Source: Dehalococcoidia bacterium (lineage in GTDB: Bacteria > Chloroflexota > Dehalococcoidia > Lucifugimonadales > UBA3495). From it: a stretch of DNA of 64,000 nt. The position numbers and the translations under genes are program-made. The notes beneath the pieces are model-generated. The model was not told the DNA's origin, did not search any database, and saw nothing but the letters and a program-made list of their open reading frames with translations. Where the stretch lies: contig CBDBCU010000005.1 of assembly GCA_965203435.1 (NCBI GenBank), forward strand, positions 202,977-266,976. The letters are read 5' to 3'. This document shows positions 7,557 to 16,237 of the stretch, in pieces; position 1 is the first letter of the stretch, and each line of letters begins with the position of its first letter.

Positions 7557-8525
7557 TTAGGGGTAGGGGACGATGAAAGTTGCCACATCCTGGTCGGCGG
7601 CCTGGGCGCGTTGGGCCTCGTCCAGGTAGGCGGTGATGACGGCCGGGGTCGCCGTCCCGCCGGTAGCCGCCGCCAGGTAGTCGGCCCGGCGGCGGGCCCG
7701 GTTGATGTCCTCCTCCCCGGCGGTGATGGATACTTCAATCACCACATGGCGGTTGTCCGCGCCGGAGAGGATGAGGTCGGTGTCATACACTTCCGAGGAC
7801 TGATCCAGGGAGAGGATGCCGCTGCTGAGGGCCCGGGATATGGCGCGGTGCAGCTGCGGGGCGGCCTGCCCGTCCTGGGTCAGGGCGATGTAAGGCTCGG
7901 TCAAGCCCAACCTATGCTGGGCGCGAAACAGGGCCTTGGCCCGCACATTGCGCTCGTAGGCGCTGCCCTCTACATTGCTCAGCCGCCCCTCCATCCGATC
8001 CATCCGGGCGTGGAATCCATCCATCCGAGTATGGAATCCATCCATCCGGTCGCCGTGCTGGGTCTGCACCTCGCTGATCTGGGTCAGCTGCTCGCCGTGC
8101 TGGTCCTGCACCTCGCTGATCTGCGCCAGCTGCTCACTGTGTTGGGCCTGCGTCTCGCTGATCTGCGCCAGCTGCGCGGTATGCTGGGCCAGCTGGGCGC
8201 TGTGTTGGGCCAGCTGGGCGCTGTGTTGGGCCAACTGCGCGGTATGCTGGGCCTGCACCTCGCTGATCTGGGCCAACTGCGCGCTGTGCTGCGTCAGTTG
8301 CGCGTTGTGCTGCCCCAGCAACTGCCGCTGCTGGGCCAATTCCTCCCGGACCTGCCGGTTGTTCTCTTGAGAAACCTGGACGAACTCGGCCAGCTGGGCC
8401 GGCAGGTTCAGCAGTTCCTCGCCCAGCAGGAGGCCCCGGATGGTGTCCGCCCATTCCGGTTGCTCCCGCAGGATGCGGGCCAAATCGCCGATGTTGTTAA
8501 TCGTTTGCGTCGTCATAACGGCCAT
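7557..8525 (-). CDS. Heptad-repeat coiled-coil protein with a C-terminal restriction-endonuclease-like domain (uncertain)
   Basis: Start at MAVMTTQT (8525). The centre is made of AQLAQHS / AQLAQISEVQ heptads. The C-terminal region reads DTDLILSGADNRHVVIEVSITAGEEDINRA, an acidic-x(n)-E-V-S pattern. The Lys of a canonical (D/E)xK motif is not evident. Confidence 0.7.
   Translation of the reverse strand: MAVMTTQTINNIGDLARILREQPEWADTIRGLLLGEELLNLPAQLAEFVQVSQENNRQVREELAQQRQLLGQHNAQLTQHSAQLAQISEVQAQHTAQLAQHSAQLAQHSAQLAQHTAQLAQISETQAQHSEQLAQISEVQDQHGEQLTQISEVQTQHGDRMDGFHTRMDGFHARMDRMEGRLSNVEGSAYERNVRAKALFRAQHRLGLTEPYIALTQDGQAAPQLHRAISRALSSGILSLDQSSEVYDTDLILSGADNRHVVIEVSITAGEEDINRARRRADYLAAATGGTATPAVITAYLDEAQRAQAADQDVATFIVPYP
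7986..8315 (-). repeat. In-frame imperfect 21-nt tandem repeats (heptads) inside the 7557..8525 gene
   Basis: Units such as CTGCGCCAGCTGCGCGGTATG / CTGGGCCAGCTGGGCGCTGTG recur. They translate to about 15 heptads of QH(S/T)AQLA / QISEVQ(A/D/T). Confidence 0.75.
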
Positions 8526-8589
8526 TATACACCGCCGGCGGGCGCGGCGCAAGGGCGGCGGCGCTGATTTCCTTTCTTGCCCCCTACCC

Positions 8590-9705
8590 CTACCCCTCAG
8601 CCGCCGCTTGCAGCACCGCCAGGGTTTCCTGGGCCGCCCGCCGCCAAGAAAAACGCGCCAGGTTGGCATAGCCCTCCCGCACCAGCCGCGCCCGCAATTC
8701 CCCATCCTGCCGCAATTCCAAGAAAGCTTTGGCAATGCTTTCCACCGACAGGGCATCGAAGTAAAGAGCCCCCGGCCCGCATACCTCCGGCAAACTGCCG
8801 TAGCGGGAGGCCGCCAGCGGCAATCCGCAGGATTGGGCCTCCAGGGCCGGCAGGCCAAAGCCTTCGTACAGGGACGGGAAAAAGTAGGCCAGGCTGTTGC
8901 GGAGAAAGGCAATCTTTTCCCCGTGGGAAATAAAGCCGGTCGCCACTACCGCATCGCCCAGGCCGGCCCGCTCCAGATAGGTTTTCACTTCCCGATCCAG
9001 CTGATGACCCACCAAGACCAACTGCTCGCCGCCGGGGGCTTTCTGTTGCGCCGCCGCAAAGCCCTCGGCCAACCGCCGGATATTCTTGTACGCCTCGCCG
9101 CTGGAAATGGACAGGAAACAATCGCCGCGGATGCCGTACTTGCCCTTTACCGCCGGCCAATCGGCCGCCGCCATCGCCCCGTCGGTCAGCCCGCCGCCAT
9201 AGACCACTACCGCCCGGCCGCCCTCGTCCCCCAACGCCCGCTCAATCCGCTCCTTGGCGAACTGGGAAACGGTGATGACCCCGGCGGCGGAACGCACCGC
9301 CCGGGGAGCCAGCAGATTGTAAATCAACCGCCGGCCCGCCGAAACGGTTTCGGGAATATCCCGGAAGTTCATATCGTGCAGGATGACCACCGTGGGCAGG
9401 CGCGGGGCCATCGGCGACAGGTAGCCCGGACAGAGCAGGGCATCGCCGCCCAGCTTGGCCGCCAGGGCGTTCATTCCCAACTGCTGATACAGGATGCGGA
9501 AGGGCCGATTGCCGCCGCCGACCGGCGTCCGGTGGCAGGGCAAGCCCAACTCCTCGGCGTAATAGCGGTGATTCCGCCGATTGGTCAGGCAGACCAGCTC
9601 CAGCCCCGGCAATTCCCGCAGTTCCGGCAGCAGACTGTCCACATAAGTCTGCGTCCCCCGATTGCGGCCGGGGACGATGAAAAGCAGATCGACGATGACT
9701 TTCAC
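8590..9705 (-). CDS. Glycosyltransferase family 4 (GT-B, group 1)
   Basis: C-terminal EGFGLPALEAQSCGLPLAASRYGSLPEV signature. The GTG start overlaps the upstream stop (GTGA, 9702-9705). Confidence 0.9.
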   Translation of the reverse strand: MKVIVDLLFIVPGRNRGTQTYVDSLLPELRELPGLELVCLTNRRNHRYYAEELGLPCHRTPVGGGNRPFRILYQQLGMNALAAKLGGDALLCPGYLSPMAPRLPTVVILHDMNFRDIPETVSAGRRLIYNLLAPRAVRSAAGVITVSQFAKERIERALGDEGGRAVVVYGGGLTDGAMAAADWPAVKGKYGIRGDCFLSISSGEAYKNIRRLAEGFAAAQQKAPGGEQLVLVGHQLDREVKTYLERAGLGDAVVATGFISHGEKIAFLRNSLAYFFPSLYEGFGLPALEAQSCGLPLAASRYGSLPEVCGPGALYFDALSVESIAKAFLELRQDGELRARLVREGYANLARFSWRRAAQETLAVLQAAAEG

Positions 9706-11297
9706 GATTTTGCCCTCGCCGCTGCCGCGACCCGGCCGGCGGCTACTCCCCGGGCCGATTTATCCCCGGCCGGCGGCGGCGCGGCCGGGCGGACTCCGGC
9801 CGGAGCCGCCCTTTGCCATTGCCAACTTTCTACTCCGGCGGCAAAGGCCAGGACAATCCAAAAGTAACGGTCGCTGCTGTGATTGTCAACCAGGTTGATG
9901 GTCAGCATCGCGATAAAGGCGCTCAAAAAAACATTCCGCCACCAAATAGCCGACGCCGCCAAGCCCGCCCGCCGGCGCAGCATTATCCCCAAGGCAAAGG
10001 TCAGCAGCGCCAGAAAAGGCAGCGTTCCCAGCAATCCCGTTTCCGACAATACTTTAAGATAGCCGTTGTGGACGCCGATGGTGATGGTGCCGGGGAAATG
10101 CGCTGCCGCCGCTCCCTGAAAAGTCCGAAATCCGTTGCCGCCGGCCGGATTGGCCGCAAACAGGTCGATCGCCAATCCCCAATTGCGAATTCGCCGTTCA
10201 TCCGAGGACAGGCGGGTGCGGGTTTCCCTTTCCCGGCGGACGCCGGTCAACGCCGAGGATTGTTCCCGAGGCAACCTTTCCCGCCGGACGGCATCCTCGG
10301 CCAGCAGCCCGGCAAAAAAGCGTTCATAAGCCGTCAGGCGCTTATCCGCCAAGCGGTCAAAAGCCGTTTTGCCGTAGGGCAGCGTCTGCAACAGCGCAAA
10401 GACTCCCACCGCCACCGCCGCGCCGGCCAGCAGCAGCGGCAGGGCCATCCGCGGCAAAGTCAGCGCCGTCAACGCCGCCAGGATCGCAAACACCAATAGC
10501 GCCGCCAGAGCGCCGGAGCGGGAGCCGCTGACGATTACTCCGAAAATTACCAGAATGACCAGCCCTCCGGCCACCAGGCGGCCGTAGCGGCCGGCGGTCA
10601 GCATCAGCCCCCAGCCCACGGCCCCGGCCAGCAAGCCGAACAAGGCCAGCCGGCTGATGCCGTAGCCCTCCGCCAGAACCGAGGCGTTCAGCGTTCCCCC
10701 GGCCACGCCGAAATCGTCCGCCTTGTCGCCCAAGCGGAGCAAACCGGCCCAATGCCAGCCGGCCATCTTGCGCGTAGCGCAACGTTCCACATCGGCGCAT
10801 TCCAGGCCCACCGCATCGCTGCCCCAATAAAACTCCACGAACACCAGCAGAAAGACCAGGGAAACCCCGCCCAGGATGGTCCAGGCAAAGGAACGCAGCC
10901 GTCCCTCCTCCCGCAGCCCTTCCACTACCATCGCTATTATCACCAGATAAGTGGGCAAGCGCAACAGGGCCAGCAGGGAACGCGCCGAATGGTCGCCCCA
11001 CAGGAAAGAGAGCATCATCCCCAGGATGAACAGGAGGGCCAGCCGCTGCGTCCAGGTGGCGGTGAACCGCCGCGCCAGGGCCGCCAATCCCCCGGCGGCC
11101 AGGTGGATCCCCAGAAAGGCGGTCAGAATGGCGACAAAGAGGACGACTTCCAGGGCTTCCGACCAGGTTTTGAGCAGAAACTGCAAGGCGGTCTCGACCA
11201 GCAGGGCATAGACCAGCAGCCAAGAACGGCCCTGAAGGGTTCGCAGCCAATCCCCGGCCGTCGCCCGGAAAGCCCTGATGCGTCCGACTCCGGTCAC
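9702..11297 (-). CDS. O-antigen ligase / Wzy-like polytopic membrane protein
   Basis: Multi-TM protein with the Wzy_C-type loop (..VSGSRSGALAALLVFAIL..). It has GTGA start/stop overlaps with both neighbours (11294-11297 and 9702-9705). Confidence 0.75.
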   Translation of the reverse strand: MTGVGRIRAFRATAGDWLRTLQGRSWLLVYALLVETALQFLLKTWSEALEVVLFVAILTAFLGIHLAAGGLAALARRFTATWTQRLALLFILGMMLSFLWGDHSARSLLALLRLPTYLVIIAMVVEGLREEGRLRSFAWTILGGVSLVFLLVFVEFYWGSDAVGLECADVERCATRKMAGWHWAGLLRLGDKADDFGVAGGTLNASVLAEGYGISRLALFGLLAGAVGWGLMLTAGRYGRLVAGGLVILVIFGVIVSGSRSGALAALLVFAILAALTALTLPRMALPLLLAGAAVAVGVFALLQTLPYGKTAFDRLADKRLTAYERFFAGLLAEDAVRRERLPREQSSALTGVRRERETRTRLSSDERRIRNWGLAIDLFAANPAGGNGFRTFQGAAAAHFPGTITIGVHNGYLKVLSETGLLGTLPFLALLTFALGIMLRRRAGLAASAIWWRNVFLSAFIAMLTINLVDNHSSDRYFWIVLAFAAGVESWQWQRAAPAGVRPAAPPPAGDKSARGVAAGRVAAAARAKS

Positions 11298-12652
11298 GGC
11301 CCGCCCTCCGCCGCCGGCAGCTGATAAGTCTGCCGGAAAATCCGCAGGGCCGCCGGCAGAATGACCGCCGCAAAGACCAGGGCTTGAACGGTAAAGGCGA
11401 TGGCCGCGCCCTCGGCCCCTTGCCCCCGGGCCAGCCAGAAAATGACCGCCCCTTGGGCCGCCACGGCCGCCAGCAACGCCGCCAGATGCGGCCCGGCCCG
11501 CCCGGCCGCCGCCGGCAGCCCATACAAGGCCGACAGGCCGGCCAGAACCGCCGCCCCCGGCAGCATTATCAGCAACGAACTCCCGGCCGCGGCGAACTCC
11601 GGGCCGTAAAGCAGGCGGATAATCGGCTGATGCAGCAGAAACAGCAATCCATATCCCCCAACGGCCGCCACGACCGCCAGCAAGGTAAAGCGGCGGGACA
11701 GGCTCCGCAACACCGCCCCGTTAGCCCCGAACCACTGCCGGCTGTATTCCGCCTGCACCCCATAGGCCAAGGACCGGAAGGGCAGCACGGCGGCGTCAAT
11801 CACATAGCGGGCCGCCCGGTACAAACCCACCTGCGCCGGCCCGGTCAATCCCGCCAGCAGCAGGACATCGGCTTGAGTATGCAGGGCCTCGACCGAGGAA
11901 CGGCCAAAGGCAGCCAACTGAAAGCGCCGGATGTCCCGCGGCGCCCTTACCGACCAGGAGCGCAGCAGGCCCGGGATGCCGGCCGCCCCAGCAAAAACCG
12001 CCGCCAATAGCAGCAATCCGCCGCCCAACACGGCGGCCTTGACCACCGAGGCCAGGGCTACCGGCAACAGTCCGCCGCCGGCCAGGCCCACCCCCAGCAG
12101 CGCGATTACGCCGGCCAAAGCGCTGGCGGCGACCACCCCGAAACCCCAGCGCAATCGGTCGGCCAAGCGCAACACCGCCATGCTTTCCCCGGACACCGCC
12201 GTCAAAATTCCGGTAAGGCTGTAAATCAGCAGTACCGGCCCATAGGCGGCGTCGACCCAATTCAGCCAGCCGGCGGCGATCACGGTCAGCAGAGCAATCA
12301 GTCCGTAGGCCAGCAACCGCAAGCCCAACGCCGCGCCCAGCGCCAGCCGCAGCACCTGCCCGGCCTCCGCCCGCCGTCCGGCGGCAATGCTGCGCGTTAC
12401 ATAGGTGGTAATGACTTCCTCCCCCGGCATCGTCGCCAAGCCGAAAATCAGCGTAGCCGCGGCGATGATGATGACCAGTACGCCAAAATCCTCCGGCCCC
12501 AAAATCCGCGCCGCCAACGAAAACTGCGCCAGACTGCCCAGGGTCTGCGCCGCCGTCATTCCCCCCAGCCACAGGGTCTGCCGGGCGGCCCGCCGATTGG
12601 ATGGGGGCAAAAGCCGCTGGAGCAAATCGGCTGCGCCGTTTTTCAAGGCCAT
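11294..12652 (-). CDS. Polysaccharide flippase (MOP/Wzx superfamily)
   Basis: 452-aa protein with about 12-14 TM segments and typical Wzx-like hydrophobic composition. It is the first gene of the overlapping flippase-Wzy-GT4 operon. Confidence 0.75.
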   Translation of the reverse strand: MALKNGAADLLQRLLPPSNRRAARQTLWLGGMTAAQTLGSLAQFSLAARILGPEDFGVLVIIIAAATLIFGLATMPGEEVITTYVTRSIAAGRRAEAGQVLRLALGAALGLRLLAYGLIALLTVIAAGWLNWVDAAYGPVLLIYSLTGILTAVSGESMAVLRLADRLRWGFGVVAASALAGVIALLGVGLAGGGLLPVALASVVKAAVLGGGLLLLAAVFAGAAGIPGLLRSWSVRAPRDIRRFQLAAFGRSSVEALHTQADVLLLAGLTGPAQVGLYRAARYVIDAAVLPFRSLAYGVQAEYSRQWFGANGAVLRSLSRRFTLLAVVAAVGGYGLLFLLHQPIIRLLYGPEFAAAGSSLLIMLPGAAVLAGLSALYGLPAAAGRAGPHLAALLAAVAAQGAVIFWLARGQGAEGAAIAFTVQALVFAAVILPAALRIFRQTYQLPAAEGGP

Positions 12653-12809
12653 CTACTCCGTCGGTGTTTCCCGTCCCGCCGCCGCCATTCCGGGGCGCGG
12701 CATTGGGGATGCCCTTTTTATACCACAACTAAACCGCCGCTGCCACTAACCCCCGGCGGCAGATTCGGGCAATGGCGCAAAATACCCGTCCTTCCCGCCG
12801 CCCTCTCTA

Positions 12810-13076
12810 CCGTCCTTCCCGCGTACGCGGGAATCCCGCGCCGGCCTACCGTCATTCCCGCGTAAGCGGGAATCCCGCCGCCCCGCAACCATCAATCCCG
12901 CCGCCCTTTCTACCGTCATTCCCGCGTAAGCGGGAATCCCGCCGCCCCACAACCATCAATTCCGCCGCTCTTTCTACCGTCATTCTCGCGTAAGCGGGAA
13001 TCCCGCCGCTGCTGACGGATTCTGCGGTATCATAAGGCAATACCGTTCAGGATTCCCGCTTACGCGGGAAGGACGG
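12810..13076. repeat. Tandem array of family B repeat ends (four direct copies with a period of about 61 bp, plus one inverted copy)
   Basis: CTACCGTCATTCCCGCGTAAGCGGGAATCCCGCCGCC recurs. The intervening 25-bp segments are themselves similar to one another (CCGCAACCATCAATCCCGCCGCCCTTT vs CCACAACCATCAATTCCGCCGCTCTTT). Confidence 0.8.
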
Positions 13077-13099
13077 TAGCAAAGCCGCAACCACCCTAC

Positions 13100-13194
13100 T
13101 ATGTCATTCCGAGCGTAGCCGAGGAATCTAAAGATCCTGAAATGGATTCAAGGTCGGGCATTTCAGATTCCTCGGCTACGCTCGGAATGACATA
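13100..13194. repeat. Interspersed repeat family C (palindromic ends TATGTCATTCCGAGCGTAGCCGAGGAATCT)
   Basis: Near-perfect inverted ends flank a core of about 35 bp. Other copies lie at 25444..25537 (core inverted) and 47025..47118. Confidence 0.8.
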
Positions 13195-13228
13195 AGGGCG
13201 GAGTCGGCAGGCCATTGCCCCCTCGCCC

Positions 13229-15985
13229 TCACCGTTCTACCAGCAATTCCGCCGCCCACACTTCCCCTTGCCCCGGAACATACTGGCCGGTGCGAATTGC
13301 CTTGATGGGATAGTCCGGCAAAGGAATGGCGGCCAAGCATTTGCCATCGAAAAGGCCGCCGCGGCGGGCAAAGGCAAAGTCTAAATTGGCAAAGCCGGCG
13401 GCTTGCCGTTCTGCCGGCAAATCAGCCACATCCTCCGGGATAATGTGCAGGAAAAAGGCGGCCGCCGTATCCGCCGCGGCGCAGGTTTCCCGCAAGTAAA
13501 GCAGCCGGTCGTCTTGCCGGTACAGGTCAAAGACTGCCCGGGCCGCCGGGGGACGATCGGACAAAGCGGCGTAGGCCGCCCGCAGGATGCCGGGGTCGGC
13601 CGGCGGGTAGAGGTTGACCGCCCACCTCCCATCCTGCCCGGTGTGGATTTCCGCAAGGGGATAGTCGGGCAGGGGTACTATTGCCACGCACTCCCCACTG
13701 GGCCGTCCGCCATAATCCGACAGTCTGAAATCCCGGCTTTCGTAACCGCCGCCGCCTTGATAATCCGCCGGCAAATCGAACAACCTTTCCGGGTAGAGCC
13801 GCAGGGTTAGGCCGGTCGCATATTCAGCATCGGAGCAATCCCTTTTGGCGTAGAGCAGGCGGGGGCGGCCGGCAGTACCCCGGTCGAGGAAAACCTCAAA
13901 GGAATCCGGGCCGGCCGGCGGATTTTGCCGCCGATATTCAGCAATCAATTCCCCCAAGCCGGGCCGGGACAGGCTGTAAAGTTCCTCCCATAAAGGCAGA
14001 CCTACCGGCCCGAAGTTGCCCAAGTTGCGCTGACTCAGGATAAGATTGCCCGACACATAATCCGGCAGTTGGATAACCGCCAGGCAAAGCTCCCCCAAGC
14101 GTACCCGGTGATTGCTGAAAAGGTCATCGGCCCGGGAGCCGCGGAAAGGCAGCTGCCGGCTTTCCGCCGGCCGGGGCAGAACCTTGACGCCAAACCACCT
14201 ATCCCTTTCCGCCGCCGGGCAGTTTTCCCGTACAAAGGTCAGCCGTTGGCCGTAGCGATAAACCTTGTAATCAGCGCGGATAATGGGTTCGTTGGCAAGG
14301 GCATCGCGGTACAATTCCCGATAGGCGGCTTGGGCGGCGGCGGTCATCCGGGCGGCGTCCAGCGGCCGCAGGGCTATCAAGGTATTGTTATAAAAGCGGC
14401 GGGGATACGCCGAATTAAAAGCCACATCCGGGCGGCTGGAATCCAACTGATAAATCAGTTCATAATCGGCGTTGCGGCCGCCGTCGGCGGTAAGCAACCG
14501 CCGCCGCGCTTCCGGCGGCAGAACTTCCAATTGCCACCGCTGGGCTACCCGCGCGGTCAAGGTTTCCTCGGGATGAAGTTCGGTCAGATATTCCAATCCC
14601 TCCCGATGCGCCACGCTTACCGTGTCAATAAAATACTGCGTCCGCAGCTGTTCCGGGGTCGTCCGATCCGCCAGAAAGTTGAAATATACCTGCTGAAAGG
14701 GATGAATTTGCGCCATCGAGAGCAGTATCAATCCCAATCCCAAGCCGGCCAGCCCGTACACCCCGGCCAGCCCGATGCGCCGCCGGGCCAGGGCGGTCGT
14801 CATCCAATGCAGCCCCCCGGCCGCCAGCAGGCAAAAGGGCGCATAGATAAAATACAACTGCCGCCAGCCGATAGTCTGATTGGGGTTCAGCAGGGCGGCC
14901 GCCAGCAGCGGCAGCAGAAAGCAAGCCAGCAACACCAGTTGCAAGCGCAGCTTGGTATTGCAGAAAGCCGCTCCGGGCCGGCGGCAAATCCCGGCCGCGG
15001 CCGCCGCCATTCCTATAAAGCCCAGCAGCAATATCAACGGCGGCGTGGTGATGCCGAACCAGACCGCATTGTAATGCGGCGGCAGTTCATCGGACGGAAT
15101 CAATTCCCCCTGGAACAGCTGCGGCCAGACGGTGGGATGATTGACCGTCAAGTTAAGGCTGGTCGCTATATAGTCCACCGGGTTGGCCCAAGCGTAGGGC
15201 GCCAGAGCATACACCGTCAGCCCGCCGGTCAACAAGAACAGCCCGGCTGTTAATAGGATTCTTTTCCGTTGCGGCCCAGCTCCGGCATAAAACCAGTCCA
15301 TCCCGCGCAGGGCGATAACGGCGGGAAAGAGCATTATCCCCATAATCCGCAGGTTGGTCAGCAATCCCACCGCCACGCCCAGCAGGACAAAAGCCGCGAT
15401 AGTATCCTTGCGGAAAGCCCGTTCCAGCAGGTAAAGGGCAATCATCAACATACTGAGCAAGGGCAGGTCTTTGCTGTTGAGGTAGGAATTGACATAGATG
15501 CGGGGGTGCAGCAGGAAAAGCAGCAGGGTCAAAAGGGCAATCCCGCGGCTGCCGGTAAGCCGATAAGCCAGCCGCCAGCAAAAGAAAGCCCCAACGATAA
15601 AGAACAGGTGGGTAAGGGTTAAGCGGAGGCGGTGGGCATAGTAATAATCCTCCAATCCCAGCGCCTGCTCGGTCAACAGCAACGGCAGCTCAAAGGCAAT
15701 GCCGTAAAAGCGGTCGGAAGGTACAATCTGCCGGTCGTCCCCGGCGGTCTTGAGCCGGAAGTCGTCATAATCGGCGCGGCCCAATATATAGTCCAGGTTG
15801 GCCCGGGCGATTTGACGCTGGATCTGTTCATCGATGCCGCTGCCATAATCCCCAGCCAGGATAATGCCGGCCAGCAGAAAGAGGGCGCAGATAAGCAGGC
15901 CGCCGCGGTCGGCCAGGAAGTTCAACGCCGCCGCCCGGCCCCCGCCGGCCCAGGGCGGGGCTATATGACGCAGCGGCGGCAGCAT
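13229..15985 (-). CDS. GT-C fold (GT39/ArnT/PMT-like) membrane glycosyltransferase with three C-terminal Cys-pair repeat modules, paralogue 1
   Basis: Start set to MLPPLRH (15985) by alignment with the paralogue N-termini. First-loop acidic motif is GDYGSGIDE. Conserved block is LTHLFFIVGAFFCWRLAYRL...LLHPRIYVNSYLNSKDLP. The C-terminal half has three modules of the form ..(R/K)(E/D)xC..F(L)HI.P..DLP..DF.F..G.C.A..PLPDYP...I.TGQ. Confidence 0.85.
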   Translation of the reverse strand: MLPPLRHIAPPWAGGGRAAALNFLADRGGLLICALFLLAGIILAGDYGSGIDEQIQRQIARANLDYILGRADYDDFRLKTAGDDRQIVPSDRFYGIAFELPLLLTEQALGLEDYYYAHRLRLTLTHLFFIVGAFFCWRLAYRLTGSRGIALLTLLLFLLHPRIYVNSYLNSKDLPLLSMLMIALYLLERAFRKDTIAAFVLLGVAVGLLTNLRIMGIMLFPAVIALRGMDWFYAGAGPQRKRILLTAGLFLLTGGLTVYALAPYAWANPVDYIATSLNLTVNHPTVWPQLFQGELIPSDELPPHYNAVWFGITTPPLILLLGFIGMAAAAAGICRRPGAAFCNTKLRLQLVLLACFLLPLLAAALLNPNQTIGWRQLYFIYAPFCLLAAGGLHWMTTALARRRIGLAGVYGLAGLGLGLILLSMAQIHPFQQVYFNFLADRTTPEQLRTQYFIDTVSVAHREGLEYLTELHPEETLTARVAQRWQLEVLPPEARRRLLTADGGRNADYELIYQLDSSRPDVAFNSAYPRRFYNNTLIALRPLDAARMTAAAQAAYRELYRDALANEPIIRADYKVYRYGQRLTFVRENCPAAERDRWFGVKVLPRPAESRQLPFRGSRADDLFSNHRVRLGELCLAVIQLPDYVSGNLILSQRNLGNFGPVGLPLWEELYSLSRPGLGELIAEYRRQNPPAGPDSFEVFLDRGTAGRPRLLYAKRDCSDAEYATGLTLRLYPERLFDLPADYQGGGGYESRDFRLSDYGGRPSGECVAIVPLPDYPLAEIHTGQDGRWAVNLYPPADPGILRAAYAALSDRPPAARAVFDLYRQDDRLLYLRETCAAADTAAAFFLHIIPEDVADLPAERQAAGFANLDFAFARRGGLFDGKCLAAIPLPDYPIKAIRTGQYVPGQGEVWAAELLVER

Positions 15986-15992
15986 AGGCCGG

Positions 15993-16001
15993 ATTATAGC
16001 A
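15993..16001 (-). promoter_or_regulatory. Extended -10 (TGCTATAAT) 7 nt upstream of the ATG: leaderless-type promoter
   Basis: Minus strand reads TATGCTATAATCCGGCCT-ATG. The same arrangement precedes all four paralogues. Confidence 0.55.
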
Positions 16002-16100
16002 TAAGGGGATGGCGGTTCGGTTGCGGCCGCTTCATCCTTCAACCAGTTCAGGATGAGCGGAAACCCCGCCGTCACCCTTTTACCGTCCTTCCCAAGCCGC

Positions 16101-16228
16101 GGGGACGGATTCAAACATGGATAGACAGGATTCTCATATCTGATTAGAACGGTACTGGTCGTCAACCACCGTTCTACAGCTACCCAAAATCCTGTCTATC
16201 CTGTCTATCCATGTTTGAATCCGTCCCC
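16101..16228. mobile_element. MITE-like element, family A (long version of the inverted termini)
   Basis: GGGGACGGATTCAAACATGGATAGACAGGA ... TCCTGTCTATCCATGTTTGAATCCGTCCCC, between GT-C paralogues 1 and 2. Confidence 0.75.
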
Positions 16229-16237
16229 CCGCCCGCC

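Noticed and set aside
4601-7738. The full 1045-aa tracked ORF taken as the RM gene.
   Set aside because: The first 108 codons are P/R/T-rich low complexity and lack an SD. MPKGKKED at 7414 has a strong SD and a promoter-like TTGCCA-17-TACAAT upstream.
4601-8525. A BREX or DISARM-type defence system, because of the large PglX-like methylase.
   Set aside because: No PglZ, BrxC/BrxL, DrmA/B-like or other partner genes are adjacent. The protein has its own nuclease motif, so a stand-alone type IIG enzyme is the simpler reading.
12810-13076. A regularly spaced repeat array (about 37-nt repeat, about 25-nt spacer) that superficially resembles a CRISPR array.
   Set aside because: The spacers are themselves near-identical to one another. 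The repeat is the ubiquitous family B end, found singly and inverted all over the window. The last unit is inverted. No cas genes are present. It is a tandem duplication with a 61-bp period, not a CRISPR array.
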